A stretch of 61,554 nucleotides of DNA, counting the filler, from Choristocarpus tenellus KU-1152 (lineage: Eukaryota; Protista; Phaeophyceae), in assembly GCA_964200185.2 (NCBI GenBank). It is 11 parts of 11 records of this genome, joined end to end, with 100 filler letters (N's around TTAATTAATTAA, not from the genome) between each part and the next. Parts side by side here need not be neighbours in the genome. Positions count along the whole stretch, not along the records: positions 1 to 5,844 come from CAXNAD020009613.1; positions 5,945 to 10,858 come from CAXNAD020012555.1; positions 10,959 to 14,412 come from CAXNAD020019928.1; 8 more parts are not named here. One strand, given 5' to 3'. Position 1 is the first letter of the stretch; every line of letters begins with the position of its first letter. This document shows positions 1 to 12,876 of this stretch, piece after piece. The translations under genes and the position numbers were made by a program. The notes below the pieces were generated by a model. It ran no database searches and was not told the DNA's origin. It worked only from the letters and a program-made list of their open reading frames with translations.

Positions 1-40
1 AGGCGTAGAATAATAGGATGAGAAGGAATAGGGGGGGAGG

Positions 41-77
<37 letters not shown>

Positions 78-460
78 AGATTGTGTGTCCACATGGGTAA
101 CATATAAAACAGAGAGTGTTTTGTGCATTGAAGTACTATTCAGCTTACTTGGATATTGGTTAACTAGCTGTAGGTTACCTTTTGCTTTAGAATTTTTGGG
201 GTTAAGTTAGGCTTAGTGACATCAACAGAGTGCGTGAAAACCCTAAAAGTGGTGGCAAACATGCAAGTGTCTGTCAAACACAGATAGCAAAAATAGTACT
301 CCAGACCAGAAAGTTTTGTCGTTCTTAAGTATGGAGCACAAGACAGTAAGACATAGCTTATGAAGAACATACACAAACACACACATACATACACATACCA
401 ACAGACAGAAAGTTACAGAACGATGGCTGCACTCAGGCACAAGCTTGCTCTGAACACACT

Positions 461-716
461 GAACCAAAGCATTTAAGAGGGTAGGAGCTTTGCCCTAATT
501 ATCCGTTTGGGGCTTGGCTTCCCATGGGTTTTATATGCCCCCTTTCGGTTTTCTGTGTGAACACAGTTAACTCAAATGTATACGACTATGAAAGGTGTGT
601 GTCCGGAGCAACAATATTGACACTTACAAACACGATAGCCAAAATTAATCAAAATTGCAACATTGGATACATTACCCCGAACGGACACAGCCCTGCCCTC
701 TTAAATGCTTTGACTC
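461..716. mobile_element. MITE subfamily A (Sola2-like termini), TSD CACT
   Basis: TIRs GAACCAAAGCATTTAAGAGGGTAGG / CCTGCCCTCTTAAATGCTTTGACTC, flanked by CACT on both sides. Internal sequence is shared with the other copies. Confidence 0.85.
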
Positions 717-1340
717 CACTGCAATACGTTGACTGACACGCCACACTGTACTCAACCAATCTTGTTTATATTCTTGCCACTCATCACCACTCTGTGTCAA
801 AGGTCCTTGGAACAGTGGCACTCCTTTGTGCCCTACAAATGACTAAACATACATGCATGCATAATGACGTTGAGAGAGTCCATGCCAACTTATGTGTTGC
901 AACAAAGTTCTTACCAAAAAATCAAATCAAGCCAAGGCCTGGAAATGCGAGCTACCTTTCATTTTGAGCAACTAAAGTATAATAGACGTATCCTCCAGTC
1001 TCAGCCCTGCATTCTCCTACAACTGTACATATTCTTGACAAGGGGAACCTTGAAGTTAGCAGGATTGCATTAAAACACATGGAACACCACAACATCTCCT
1101 GATAAGCACCCAACAAACCTTTGAATAAACATATGCCACGGAATCATATATCAGAGCCCTGGAGAGCATCATACCAACACAACGAGCATGCTCGTACATC
1201 AAAATGTCTCAACTCCTTATAGAGTAATGATGTCCATCTGATGCTACAAGCACACAGGTTTTTCATCACACCGCCTCCTTCATCCTACTAGCAACCCTGA
1301 AGGGCAAAATATCACACTCTGGATCTGCTACTCTATAGCT

Positions 1341-3334
1341 CTAGCGACCTTTGACAACAGTTGCCATGTCTTGTTCTGGGGTCAGGTGCTGATGCACCTC
1401 GGGCAATTCGCTGTTTAATGGACCTGCCCTGCTCAGTGGCCACAGCACCCTAGTAACCTTGGCTTCAATGAGTGCCAACGGAATCTGGCAGGTTTTCAGG
1501 CACAATAAAAAACAACAGGAGAGAAGCAGGGCCGACTAAGGTTCTTGCCTACATCACAGTAAAACATATTTTGCACTATGACACAGCATACTAGCCTCCA
1601 TTACGTTTGTGCCTGGGAGAGAAATGAGGCTTTGAGTTGGCATGGGCGTTGGTGTAGGGTATATATTAGGGTTAGGGTTAGGGTTGAGGTGGGGAACTGT
1701 TTGATGAGGACACATGCTTGAGATGTGTTGAAAGCTGAAAATATCACAAGTTGGTTTGTTGGTGGTCGAATATGGAATGTTGGGGTGCAGTTAGATATTG
1801 AACACCAGTTGAATGACTGAATCCCTCTTCGCTCTATTTCGCAGAGCTATTCTCAGTGTTTTGAATTACTGAAGTTATCAAGTACAATCAATTCATCCAC
1901 AGCAATGGAGAGGAGTCCACCACAGTGCATTATTGTCAAACACCCTTTGAAGAGGGGAAGGAATTTCCAACGGTAATCATATGAGGTGAAAAGGGAAGAC
2001 AAAAGCTCATGTGCATATGCATTGTTACAAGTAAGCCAGTTGTAAGCGGTAGCTCTGTTTCCGCAACTCAAAAAAAGGAACAGGGGTGTCAACATGGAAC
2101 CAAAAATAACATCAACCAAAGGAAGGTCTGGTGTAAGTAAGCACGCAACACACTACTGCACGGCAGTGGCATATCAAGAGCCTTGCATTGGCCCAACTCT
2201 ACGGGTTGTGCTGCAGCAGCCTAAACTGGGCATGGGACACCATCCTTGAAATACCCCTGGATCAAAGAGAACTATCACCCCTCTCTTATCCCTTTTCATC
2301 AAGTAGTTGTAGTGTTTCCTCACCGGCCCAAAGTGGTTACTGTCCCCACTAATAGCGAAGTTGTCTCCCTCTACCCAGCAGCACCCCCTGGGCACATAGG
2401 TAAGCTTGTATTTGTCGCCTTGCGGTCTGACCCAATCACCCCCCACAGCGATCAGCCGCTTCACCATGCGCTCATTGGGATTGTATGGATTCCTGGAGGC
2501 AGAAAGAGCAGTGCAGTTTTTGGTCCCCATATCTGTGTAAGTTGTTTGTCATCGTACCTATGTGGCATTTGTTCAAGGAGAGAGAAATACCATGGTCGAG
2601 ATCATTCTACCCATCAATACCATAGTTTCATGAAAGTCGAAAAGTTGTAGGGAATACACTGGCATTCTCTGAGGTCAGTTTGTTCAGGTTTATGGGGTGT
2701 AAGTTTAGCTGAAGGAAATTACATATTTGGAAGTGGCCAGTCAGTCACATAGAGTCTGTTGGTCAGCATATGAGAGTTTCGGAGTTGCGAGGGGATAGGG
2801 TTTGTTGGGAGGGAGGGAGAGGCGCCAACACCAACTACATCAGACACAACAGATGGACGGGAAAATGGTGAACGGCTACCTGAAGACCACCACTGAGCCC
2901 CTCGAGTACTTATTTAAGAAACGTATGCTGTGCTTGTTCTGCCAAACTAGCTCGAATGTGTCGTCATCAGGCCTGGTGGAATAAACGAGGGGCATAGTAA
3001 AAGCACAGGGCTGAGACAGAACGAGCAAAGAACCACGGACATTCAAATATGGTAAGGATTTAACAATATTCGCACCACGAGGCTTCTTGACCATTAGTAC
3101 ATCAGATTCCTTTATGAACAAGCACCCCAGGCTTTCATTTGACAGAGCGAGTCGATACCAGGTCTTGGCTTGAAGTGCGAGGCACGGTATGGTAACAACA
3201 ACGGCCAACAATTCTCCCTCTCTCTTAACATTCCTTGCAAAATCTTCCCTCTCTGGGGGATATCTGCCCAACAAACGATCATTGGGACGAACAATCAACT
3301 TGGTTTCATAAACCTTCCAAAGACGGCTTGAGCA

Positions 3335-3379
<45 letters not shown>

Positions 3380-3561
3380 ACATCTTCTCTATCATTTAAT
3401 AGAGGTTATATAGCTCACCCCTGTGAATGTGGATTCAATGTTGGCTGCATAGATCGTCCTGTGACGGTAGCAACTGACCCCACAAGGTCTGTAAAGGCTA
3501 TTGAGACAGGAACAGCGAACAGCGCCCCCCGTACCAAGTCTGTCAGCAATCTAGAGGTCAT
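1341..3561 (-). CDS. IMP2: Mitochondrial inner membrane peptidase subunit 2-like (S26 signal peptidase family), 4 exons, 182 aa, complete
   Basis: Exons complement(3419..3561, 2880..2972, 2324..2492, 1341..1484) join in frame with GT-AG boundaries (549 nt). Protein MTSRLLTDLVRGALFAVPV...VTGRSMQPTLNP...RGSVVVFRNPYNPNERMVKRLIAVGGDWV...VPRGCCWVEGDNFAISGDSNHFGPIPLALIEAKVTRVLWP has the catalytic Ser (GxSMxPT), Lys (KR), EGDN and DS motifs. IMP2 rather than IMP1 is judged by eye. Confidence 0.93.
3338..3376. repeat. (CT)n microsatellite in IMP2 intron 1
   Basis: About 19 dinucleotide units. Confidence 0.95.
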
Positions 3562-5601
3562 TGTCAACTATGTTTTGGTTTGGAGAGGTGGTGGTGGTAA
3601 GATCTCGATATATTGCGAGGCGTGAGTGAGCTTCGAACTGGCTCTGTTTAGATGGTATTGTGAAAACATCTAAACATCTATCACCCCCAGATTTGTAAGT
3701 ATAGGCAAGGTGATTGGAAGCTGGGAAGGATGCCGCGGCTGTTGGACCCTGATCGGCTGCAGAAAGAGATCGATGCCCAGAAGAAGCGTGCGGAGGGTTA
3801 GTCTTGCCTATGAATTGTTACTCATTTATTGTTGTAGTGGGTTCGATGTTGTTGACCCTTATGAACTCGACGTGTACGTTGCCCATTGATGAAGGTTAAT
3901 CAAGGAACATATCTTTGCAGGTTAATTTTCCATTTTATCTTACACCCCTACCACATGACGTTCCGTTGGCGCCTTGGAGGAGAGCTTGGCTGTGCTTGTA
4001 GGCATTAATTTTGCTGACTTTCTTTGACATCGTTTAAACCCTACAAGGCTATTATCGTCCTGGGTGGCTCCTACTTGGTTCTCTCCTTCGATACTCTCGT
4101 TGACGCTGATACTCTATTTAGGCATCCCCTCAATTGGGTATGCTCTGTCGAGGCACTCAATGTAGTATTTACCAATGTTTTGCAAGAGGCAGGTATCATG
4201 ATCACCCCTCAGAGCTGGCGTTCCTCTTGGTCTCTATCTTTTCCACCTTCGCCCGTGAATCTTGGCAAGTGATTAATGGAAAGGTATTCTGCAGTAATCG
4301 ATTATTTGTCATGCACTCGCATCTCTCAGAACACGTTTCGATGCTGGCAAACTTCGTGCTTTGGTATGTAAGATTTCGGAGAGTCGCCACCCCCACCTTC
4401 CTGCCTCGTACGGCCGAGAGGACCTGGCTTAGGTGGTGCACCTCATTCCACTGCCAATACGGGGAGTACTTCATTATTTAAAGTGTGGAAGAATCCCTAG
4501 AACCATCCCCATCCCAGCAGCAACCACTTGCCATTTACCAACTTGTCTTGTCTCTCTTCTCATCCTGAATTTTGTACAACGATGTATATTATGTGCTCCT
4601 TCCTTTCCATTAATCGCACTCCAGTATATCACTCTCGTTCCAGTATAGGTCGCAGTTCTTATACCAACAGCTCCTGCGATCCCTGTGCCACTGTTGTTAG
4701 CGCTGGCACACCTCAGTAAGCACAGTTGTGGTCCCAGCGAGTATGAGAGGAATGTGGAGACCAAGGGACTGGACCAGGCAGAGGCCGAGAAGGGAATGGG
4801 GGGGCCTAAGCTTGGAGACAACACCCTTGAGGCTGTGACAGTGGTATGTCAAGGACAGGAGGGATAGATTATGGAGGGAGGGGAGAGGGAGAGCAGAGTA
4901 AGGTTGGATTTGTGAATCGGTTGTGTTGCCCCCAAATCTGTTGTTGTGCCAAGGAGTATCCAGTCATTTTTGGTTGTTACTACTCAAGTATATGAATGTT
5001 ACGCTGAAGGAAATCATGAAGGTCCCACCCTGCCTCACGCTTGTCCACTTCCATTTTCTTTCTTGCACTTTTGCTATGATGTCGCTCCCCATTTCGGAAA
5101 ATTCAGCATAATCTAACCGCACGTGAATTGTATAGTGGGATATGGCTAGTTATAGTGTATCTTGATTTTATTTGTCCCTCCTCTCCACCCTCAATGGTGC
5201 ATTTCACTATCCTTGCATGTAGCAACTTGACCCTTTCACACCTGGCAGTCGTAGTCATGTTAGCACTTCTTGGATCTGCAGTTCTCATAACCATTCCCAT
5301 CGTGCACAAGAATTTTTCGCAAACACAGATACACACATGTGGTCCAGTAGATTCCTTGCCCTGTACTGGTGGATGATGTTACAGACAGGAATCGCTTGGC
5401 ATGGGTAAAGAGACAAGTACCTCTGTGTGTCATAACAGAACAAAAATCGTATCGGTATACCCCATCTTTCCCACAAGTAGTTTCTTCTTTTTTTTCTTCA
5501 GTATTTGTACTATGTTGTCCGTAGATAGATGGTATATTGGGAAATATTATGATTTGAAGTGGATTCATTAAATCAGAGTAGGTTAAAATGTATAAGTTAA
5601 A

Positions 5602-5674
5602 GACCCGAGGCGAGACTTGAACTCGCGATCTCCTCTACCCTAAAGAGGAATCTTACCAACTAGACCACCCGGGC
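5602..5674 (-). tRNA. tRNA-Pro (anticodon AGG)
   Basis: Reverse complement GCCCGGGTGGTCTAGTTGGTAAGATTCCTCTTTAGGGTAGAGGAGATCGCGAGTTCAAGTCTCGCCTCGGGTC folds as a cloverleaf: acceptor GCCCGGG/CTCGGGT, anticodon stem CCTCT/AGAGG with loop TTAGGGT, T-arm GCGAG-TTCAAGT-CTCGC. A and B boxes are present and T-runs lie downstream. Confidence 0.9.
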
Positions 5675-5844
5675 TCTGTTCTTAATTCTCGCCTATTGCT
5701 CTGTATATCAAAAAGAGGAAGGCCCAGCAGTCATACAAAGAACTCTGCGCAAAGGGGGCTCTCCTGCAGCAACAGTCACAACTCCGCGACGGTTTGCAGG
5801 AGAAGGTCACAAAGGGGGGGGGCAAGAGTGCCGGGGATAACTTG

Positions 5845-5944
5845 NNNNNNNNNNNNNNNNNNNNNNNNNNNNNNNNNNNNNNNNNNNNTTAATTAATTAA
5901 NNNNNNNNNNNNNNNNNNNNNNNNNNNNNNNNNNNNNNNNNNNN
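5845..5944. other. Artificial contig spacer (first of ten)
   Basis: N44-TTAATTAATTAA-N44, with stops in all six frames. It recurs at 10859, 14413, 19828, 25173, 31487, 35474, 48045, 53304 and 57864. Confidence 0.97.
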
Positions 5945-6244
5945 CATTTCCTAATCTACTCCAGTGATGGTGTCTATAGTGTATCAGCAGCACTATCTAC
6001 GAACACTGAGTTCTAGCTTCGTTGATGGAGTGCCAACTATTCACATGTCACGGACGGGCAAGGTGAACAACGCTTCTTATTGCTCCTAAGGGAGCAATGC
6101 CCACACGAATGATTCCACCTGTCCATATACAGGTGTCACATATCCCCTTATATCCCCTCTAACCAACATAGATTCCTCCGATAACGTCCAATTCTGACAT
6201 CCAAATCAGTGTCATTTTGTTCTCCCAATCTGCAATCGCCACCA

Positions 6245-6504
6245 GACTGAAAATATCTTAGAGGGTAGGAGTTTTGCCATCTTAATCCATTTTAGGGCTT
6301 GGCTTCCCATGGTATTCTTTACGACATTTTCATACTCCAAAATGTTTCAGATTAGGTAAAATGCATAAGGTTATGAAAGCTTGTGTCTGGAACAAGGATA
6401 TTGACACTTCCTAACACAAACGATAGCCAAATTTACATCAAAATCACAACATTGGATTTTGGTCTCCAAATGGACGCGACTCTCTCTCTAAGATACTTTG
6501 ATTC
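6245..6504. mobile_element. MITE subfamily A (diverged copy)
   Basis: GACTGAAAATATCTTAGAGGGTAG ... CTCTCTAAGATACTTTGATTC with the same internal sequence as the other copies. The TSD is not preserved. Confidence 0.8.
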
Positions 6505-8681
6505 TTGAAAAATTGACCTTGCACTGACTCGGACTTGGGCATGGTGGCACACAGCTCCCATAAATTATTTTGCCAATGGGCTTGTGTCTCTCTCCATGGA
6601 TTGTAACTTCCACTTCATTGATCAATTGGCATATACAGTTCCTACTACTGCTCCTCCTATCTCTTCAATCATGTTTATCTCTTCTCTGATAAATCCAGCC
6701 CGTCATAATTAATTTTAGGAAAACCAACTCCGCGAAAAAAAGCTTGATCCCCCCCCCTTTCAATCGTTGAGATTTCTGGAACCAAAATACTCTACTACCT
6801 CGTACCTCTCTCCTTGGTTGAAATAAAATCACATTACCTCTTCTCTGATATTTATCCCCTAGACACACACAGAGGATATGTTACAAAGGGCATAGGGAAG
6901 TGGAAAAAGACGCTAATTAGGAAGAATAGGGTTAAAGAAGACTCTGAAGACGATGTGGACCGATAGGATTGTTAACCTTTCTCAGGTCCAGAGGAACTTG
7001 CACAGGAGGACGTGAAGGGGTGACTAGACAAGGACTCAGATTCTGCGACTGTCGGGAGTGACCCCGGAATGTCCCCAAACGCCCACATTCGGTGGGCAGC
7101 GGCGGCGACAAGACACAAGTGCCAGGGAACATATTCGACCATAGTGAGGCGAAGTAAGAACCACATCCATGCCGATAATACCCCAACCCCGAGGGACAAG
7201 CCTTCCGAGAAGGGCAAAGGACAGGGGAAAAGGACACTGATTAGGAACAAGAGGGCGAGAGAAGGTGCTGGACAGAAGGGACCCTTCAAACAGCCTCGTG
7301 GTCCTCATGGCAGCGCATTAGAACCTGGCTTCTTCGACAACGTCTTCACTCCTGCCAAAATGGGCAGATATGCTGTAAATCCGTGCTCATCTACGTCGAG
7401 GTACGACGATGACGAAGAAAGATCATCCCATGGTGATGAGGATCGCGTCACACAAGACGTGGCCGACTCCGGTGATGCATCTGATTTGGGGACCACCGAA
7501 GCCTTCGTGGAGGCATGCATTAACCGAGCTCCTATGATCGGCAACGAAACCTGCTTCTTCGCAGTATCGAGTACAGACCTCAATCCTCACCAAAGTCATA
7601 TACGACCATGGGTTCAGGCTCATCAAGGCCGGTAAAGGGATCGTTTCTCTTGTTTTCGGGGATGAATGCTAAGTCCACGAGCCCAAACGGGTTAAACTCG
7701 GCGATCGTGGAGGGAAGTCAGGCAACACGTTGCGTCCCGAGCATGTGGAAGCTCTCCACGCGAGGAAGGCTATCTTCTTGAGCCTCGTGAAGCTCAAACC
7801 TTGGAACAGCAGGTACTCCACACGCCTAAATCTATGGCACCTTCTTGTCAAGGCATACCCTAAGCTCACAGAGTGGTGGGAGAAGGGGGACGAATGCAAT
7901 TTCGAGTCTGCCCACCAATTGAAATAGGACTTCGGTCGTTTCGGTTTTAAATTGAAGTACGGGTAGAGTTAAAGGTTGTGGTGATTTATGCATCAGTGTA
8001 CCTTGCCTTGGTGTCCGACTATCCATCCCATGAGTTATGCATTTCGATAGTGGTATCGGATATATTACTACCAGTCAGAGTCGTCAGCGTATCATATATC
8101 ACACTCACGTTGAGGACTAGACCTGTGTTATTATTTGTTTAAAAGAGTGTCTGCTACAAGGGTTAGACAACTAAAATATAATACACCAATCAAACAACTC
8201 TTCTCCATCTGATCAGCTAACCTTTCCAAACAATTCGCCAGGGGCTGCGATGAATACCCTGTCCTTCTCAAAGCCGCTATTTATTCCTTGTACACTGTAA
8301 CGCACGTCCCCCCTTCTTCTCATTACTCTATGCACCACCTCTTGCTTTGTCCAAGTGTCGACAAACTGGATTCGATCTCGTTCTCATTCGAACCTTGGAG
8401 GATTATATACCTAAGTCCACGCACGATGCACCTAAGCACAGCACCAACCCAGGACCTCTGGAAGTGTACCTTGACCTACTTTCGGAGAAACGTACGACAA
8501 TACATCTTGACCAATAACCACTCGTATACACGCCCATATTCCGTCCACACACCTTTTCCCATACTTCATACCAACAACTTCAACCCTAACACCCTCAGCG
8601 ACAACCACGTCTTATTACATACTAAATCCAACACATGCACACAATCAAACGAAGTGTTACATTTAAACTGTACATGATATA

Positions 8682-8946
8682 GAGTGGAAGTATCTTAGAG
8701 GGTATGAGTTTTGCCCTGTTTGTCCCTTTAGTGCTTGGCTTCGCACGTTTTTTTTATGACATTTTCCTACTCCAAAATGTTTAAGAGTGTAGGTAAAATA
8801 TACACGTTATGAAAGGTGTGTCTGGAACAAGGATATTGACACTTACTAACAAAAACGATAGCCAAAATTAAATCAAAATCACAACATTGCATCCAGATTT
8901 TGGCTCCCAAATGGACACCGCTCTGGTATCTAACATACTTTGACTC
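8682..8946. mobile_element. MITE subfamily A
   Basis: GAGTGGAAGTATCTTAGAGGGTA ... ATCTAACATACTTTGACTC; family internal sequence; flanks TATA/CGTA. Confidence 0.82.
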
Positions 8947-9049
8947 CGTATGTTTTGGTTCCTCGTGCACACGCCGGGAGAACAGGCCCAAACTGACAGT
9001 CCTCGTTGTGTACACACCAGACATGACTCATGCAAGCAAATAAACGAAA

Positions 9050-9309
9050 GAGCCAAAGTATCTTAGAGGGTAGAGCCGCATCCATTTGGGATTCACAATC
9101 CAATGTTGCGATTTTGATGTAATTTTGGCTATCGTTTTTGTTAGCAAGTGCCAATATCCTTGTTGCGGACACACCTTTTCATAACGTGCACATTTTACCT
9201 ACTCCGAAGTATTTTGGAGTAGGTAAAATGTCAGAAAAAAACCCTTTGGAAGTCAATCCCCAAACGGACAAACAGGGCAAAACTCGTGCCATCTAAGATA
9301 CTTTCACTC
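9050..9309. mobile_element. MITE subfamily A, opposite orientation to the 8682 copy
   Basis: GAGCCAAAGTATCTTAGAGGGTAG ... ATCTAAGATACTTTCACTC; flanks GAAA/AAAA; internal sequence is the reverse complement of the 8682 copy. Confidence 0.85.
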
Positions 9310-9649
9310 AAAAAAACAACCCCGCAGCAGCCCATCTTCTTTTTTTCAATTCCTCATCCAACAGTGGGAAAACACACCCTAACCGACAGCCCTCTTTATG
9401 TGCTAACCAAATCCCACTCATGCAATCAAATAAACCAATAATATCCAGCCCTGGAACAGCCTAACCCATATATCTCTCATTCTTCATCGTAACTGCACGA
9501 CCAACATACATTAACCAATAAACCTGTTTAAACAGACTCGAAATCCGACACATGCAAACGTCGAAACTCCTAACATAACCCAATCAAATGGTGGCATATA
9601 TTTCCATTCCTCTTGCGTACGCTAGGACAGAAAGGAACCTAACTAACAG

Positions 9650-10013
9650 TCTTCTTTGTTTTGCTGACATTTCAAATCCGACACGTGCGACCAAATCACA
9701 CCAAAAGTAAAAATCAAAAAAAGGGTAAAAAGCGAACGCCGCCACCCCCCTCCCCATATACTTTGACCCTTTTCCAATTCAATTTTTCCTCTCCAAAATG
9801 TTTCGGAGTAGGTAAAATGTATACGTTATGAAAAAGTGTGTCCGGAACAAGGATAATGACACTTCTGAACAAACATGGTAGCCAAAATTACATCAAAATC
9901 GCAACATTGGAAAATGACATTCATAAACAATGTGGGAAGACAAGCCCCAAATGGACAAACAGGGCAAAACTCGTACCCTCTAAATTACTTTCACTCCCCA
10001 GATACTTTGAGAC
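9650..10013. mobile_element. Rearranged or nested MITE fragments (B right half, A fragment, B TIR end)
   Basis: A B-type end CCCCCTCCCCATATACTTTGACCC at ~9745-9768 is followed by an A-type body ending TTACTTTCACTC (~9996), then immediately CCCAGATACTTTGAGAC (another B-type TIR end). Confidence 0.65.
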
Positions 10014-10757
10014 ATGTAAAGTTGGGTTTTCTTTTACGAATGCGTGCAGGGACTCCTTTGAGTGCTGCTGAAAGAGATTTCCCCGCTCTCGATTCAATCT
10101 TAGCACTTGAAAATAAGATTAATGCTAACAATGTAAAAGGTGTATTCCAATTCAAAACGGCGAACAACCACGTATCTCTCACTTACTTTTGCTTGATAGA
10201 AGGTATTCCACTTAAGGGAAACTTGGTTGTGCCTACAAGGAGGAAAAAATCGGAGGGATAGAGTCTTCCCTACATTGGTCCTAATTTTTTTCTTCGAAGT
10301 ATACTTGGCAAAAAGTGCAAAACATAAACCAATGTAAGTACGACTTTATTCTGGGTTCCTGCTTCATTCACATTCAGAATTCAGTTGGAAATTTTGCGTT
10401 CACCTTTGTCGTCGCAATTGTAAGATGTTCGCCTCCAGCCATGATTTTGTACCTACTGCCCCCCTTTGATTATCATTGCAGGGGCGTACTCTTGCCAAAA
10501 CTCAACCGCTCGTAACAGTAGCTTCACATACCTCGGATATCATATTACATGGTTAAAGAGGAGGAGTACACAGCATCCAACTACCCTGTGATTGGCTGAC
10601 ACATACAGTACAACAACTGCCACACCATTTAACACTTACTTACCCGAGTGTGTGTGATGATAAAGATTGGTGGGTTGAGGGAGGTTGCAGAATGTATGCA
10701 ACCTTGTGGATTAATGTAGCAGATCTTCTATCATATTCGTGTAAATCTTGGTCTAAA

Positions 10758-10858
10758 GAGTCAAAGTATCTTGGGGGGGGGGGGGGGTTTGTGAGGGGGC
10801 GTCCGTTTTCGGTCCAACAACTCTTTTTTTTGCTTACATTTCAAATCCGACACGTGCG
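10758..10858. mobile_element. MITE subfamily B left end, truncated by contig end
   Basis: GAGTCAAAGTATCTT followed by poly-G, then internal TTTCAAATCCGACACGTGCG also seen at ~9671. Confidence 0.7.
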
Positions 10859-12105
10859 NNNNNNNNNNNNNNNNNNNNNNNNNNNNNNNNNNNNNNNNNN
10901 NNTTAATTAATTAANNNNNNNNNNNNNNNNNNNNNNNNNNNNNNNNNNNNNNNNNNNNGAGGGCCTTGTGACAGGCATCACGAATATGCTATTATTATTT
11001 TAATCCGATGTCTATATCAAACGTAATGACGGGACAACCCCAGAGGGCGAAGCTACTGGTACCACTATACTACCATCACCAAATCAAAGAAGTTTGGAAA
11101 AAATGCATATGGTTGTGTTAATTAACCCAATAAGGTAACAAGCCCAGAAAGATATCGTTGTTATGCCATTTTTATTGTTCATATACTCCCTTCAAAATCT
11201 GCATGGCAGTATGCAATTCATGTCCCAACATACGTTCGGTTACCTAGATGCTACCATGGCTGCAAATTGTACACGCAGTTATCTATATCTAGACGAGAGC
11301 TTCCTATTCACAGAAGGTACCTAAACATGACTTCTTCGGGTGTCTGCGTATCGTTATATTTTATCCATTGAAACAACACGAAGTTCACGCGAAGAGATAA
11401 AGTGTTGGTACGACTCTATATGCTCACCAGTAGATTCTTACCATGTATAGCATTCTAAAATTATTGGTTCTGGAGGTTTGTTGAAAAACTTTAAGGGAAC
11501 GGATGATTAACGTACTAACTTCTCATGCAGACTGGCGGGCCTTTCATGATGCGGTGGGGAACTTACAATGAATTCCAACCACATACATGGATAGTATGGT
11601 GCAGTAGAAGAGTAGTAGGTATTAGCCGAGTTTGGAAACGACAGGATCTGTTATGGTCAAATTATTTTTTGAAGATCATTCAACTTGGTTCAAATTTTAG
11701 TACTCCTTCTGTATTACTTTGACAAGATCATTTTTTTTTGTTACTGGGCAAGGGCATCAGCATTATTACACCTCCAAACTCTCAAAACCAATACGAATTG
11801 CAGTGGAGATATTTTTTGCCGTTAAACATTAGCCTTTAGCCAGTGCTCCTGTCCTCTATGTCCTCTAGCAGTACATTGGCCTTACTCCCCAATACACATA
11901 TCCTTCAACGAAATATTCCAACAGTCACCAAGTATAACATCCTCTTACTTCGGAGAGAAGCAAGCCTGCTGTTTCAGTGCTGCATACGATGGATCAACCT
12001 ATTGTCAATTACTAACCTATAAAAGAAACACAACGTAGCCGACTCAAATCAGGATTATGTTCGGCACTCACATCTTCAAATTTATCTATCACTAGATACT
12101 CCCAT

Positions 12106-12370
12106 GACCCAAAGTATCTGGGGGGGGGGGGGGGGGGGGGGCAACAAGAGGAGAATTTTTGAACAAAAAAAAGAAAGGAGGGGGGAGGGGAGGGGGGGGG
12201 GGGGGGGGGGGGGGGGGGTCTACACTAGGGTATATATTTGAACCAAAATTAGGAAAAGTGCATTTACAGTATCTATCCGACATATGCAACCAAATCACCC
12301 AAAAATCGCGACATGAAAATTTTGACCCCAAATGGATAGCCGCCACCCCCCCGCCTAAATACTTTGAGTC
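12106..12370. mobile_element. MITE subfamily B (poly-G TIR), TSD CCAT
   Basis: GACCCAAAGTATCT-G(n) ... CCCCCCCGCCTAAATACTTTGAGTC, flanked by CCAT on both sides. Confidence 0.85.
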
Positions 12371-12876
12371 CCATCCCAAAAATAGATTTTTTTCTTTCTT
12401 GAGAGGATTCATCTGGTCATCAATGTACCCTGTGGGAAACATCTATCTTCGCAAGGTCTACGCCCAGTCGCACGATTAAACACCTATCACTGAGAACCTG
12501 GGCTATTTTACGCCTTCTCATTGTGGACAGCATATCCTATAGCATGCTGCGACAAAATCCTAACTACAAGCCAACGGTCTAGCAATTTTCCTTTGCAAAC
12601 ACACTACAACTCTAATGCCTTGATTTTATCAGGAAGACCCATTTGGCAATTCAAAGTGTAAGCAAGCAAAACGGAGAAACCCAAGTACACATATGTTCTG
12701 AAAGTGAAATATCGGCAAATAATCCATTCATACATCAGCGCCAGGGGTTGACAAATGTCAGAGCCCCCAGATCAATGAGTTGAGTATAATCCTACCTAAA
12801 CAACTTTCCCAATTCCTCCAAAAGTATTTCTACTCCACTGAGGTACCTGTCCATTTCATTTCAATGGGAAAGTACT

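Noticed and set aside
2973-3298. N-terminal part of the 140-aa ORF 2876..3298 as an independent protein
   Set aside because: Only 2880-2972 is an IMP2 exon; the rest is open intron sequence.
5889-5900. Recurrent palindrome TTAATTAATTAA
   Set aside because: Always centred in N runs; an assembly linker, not biology.
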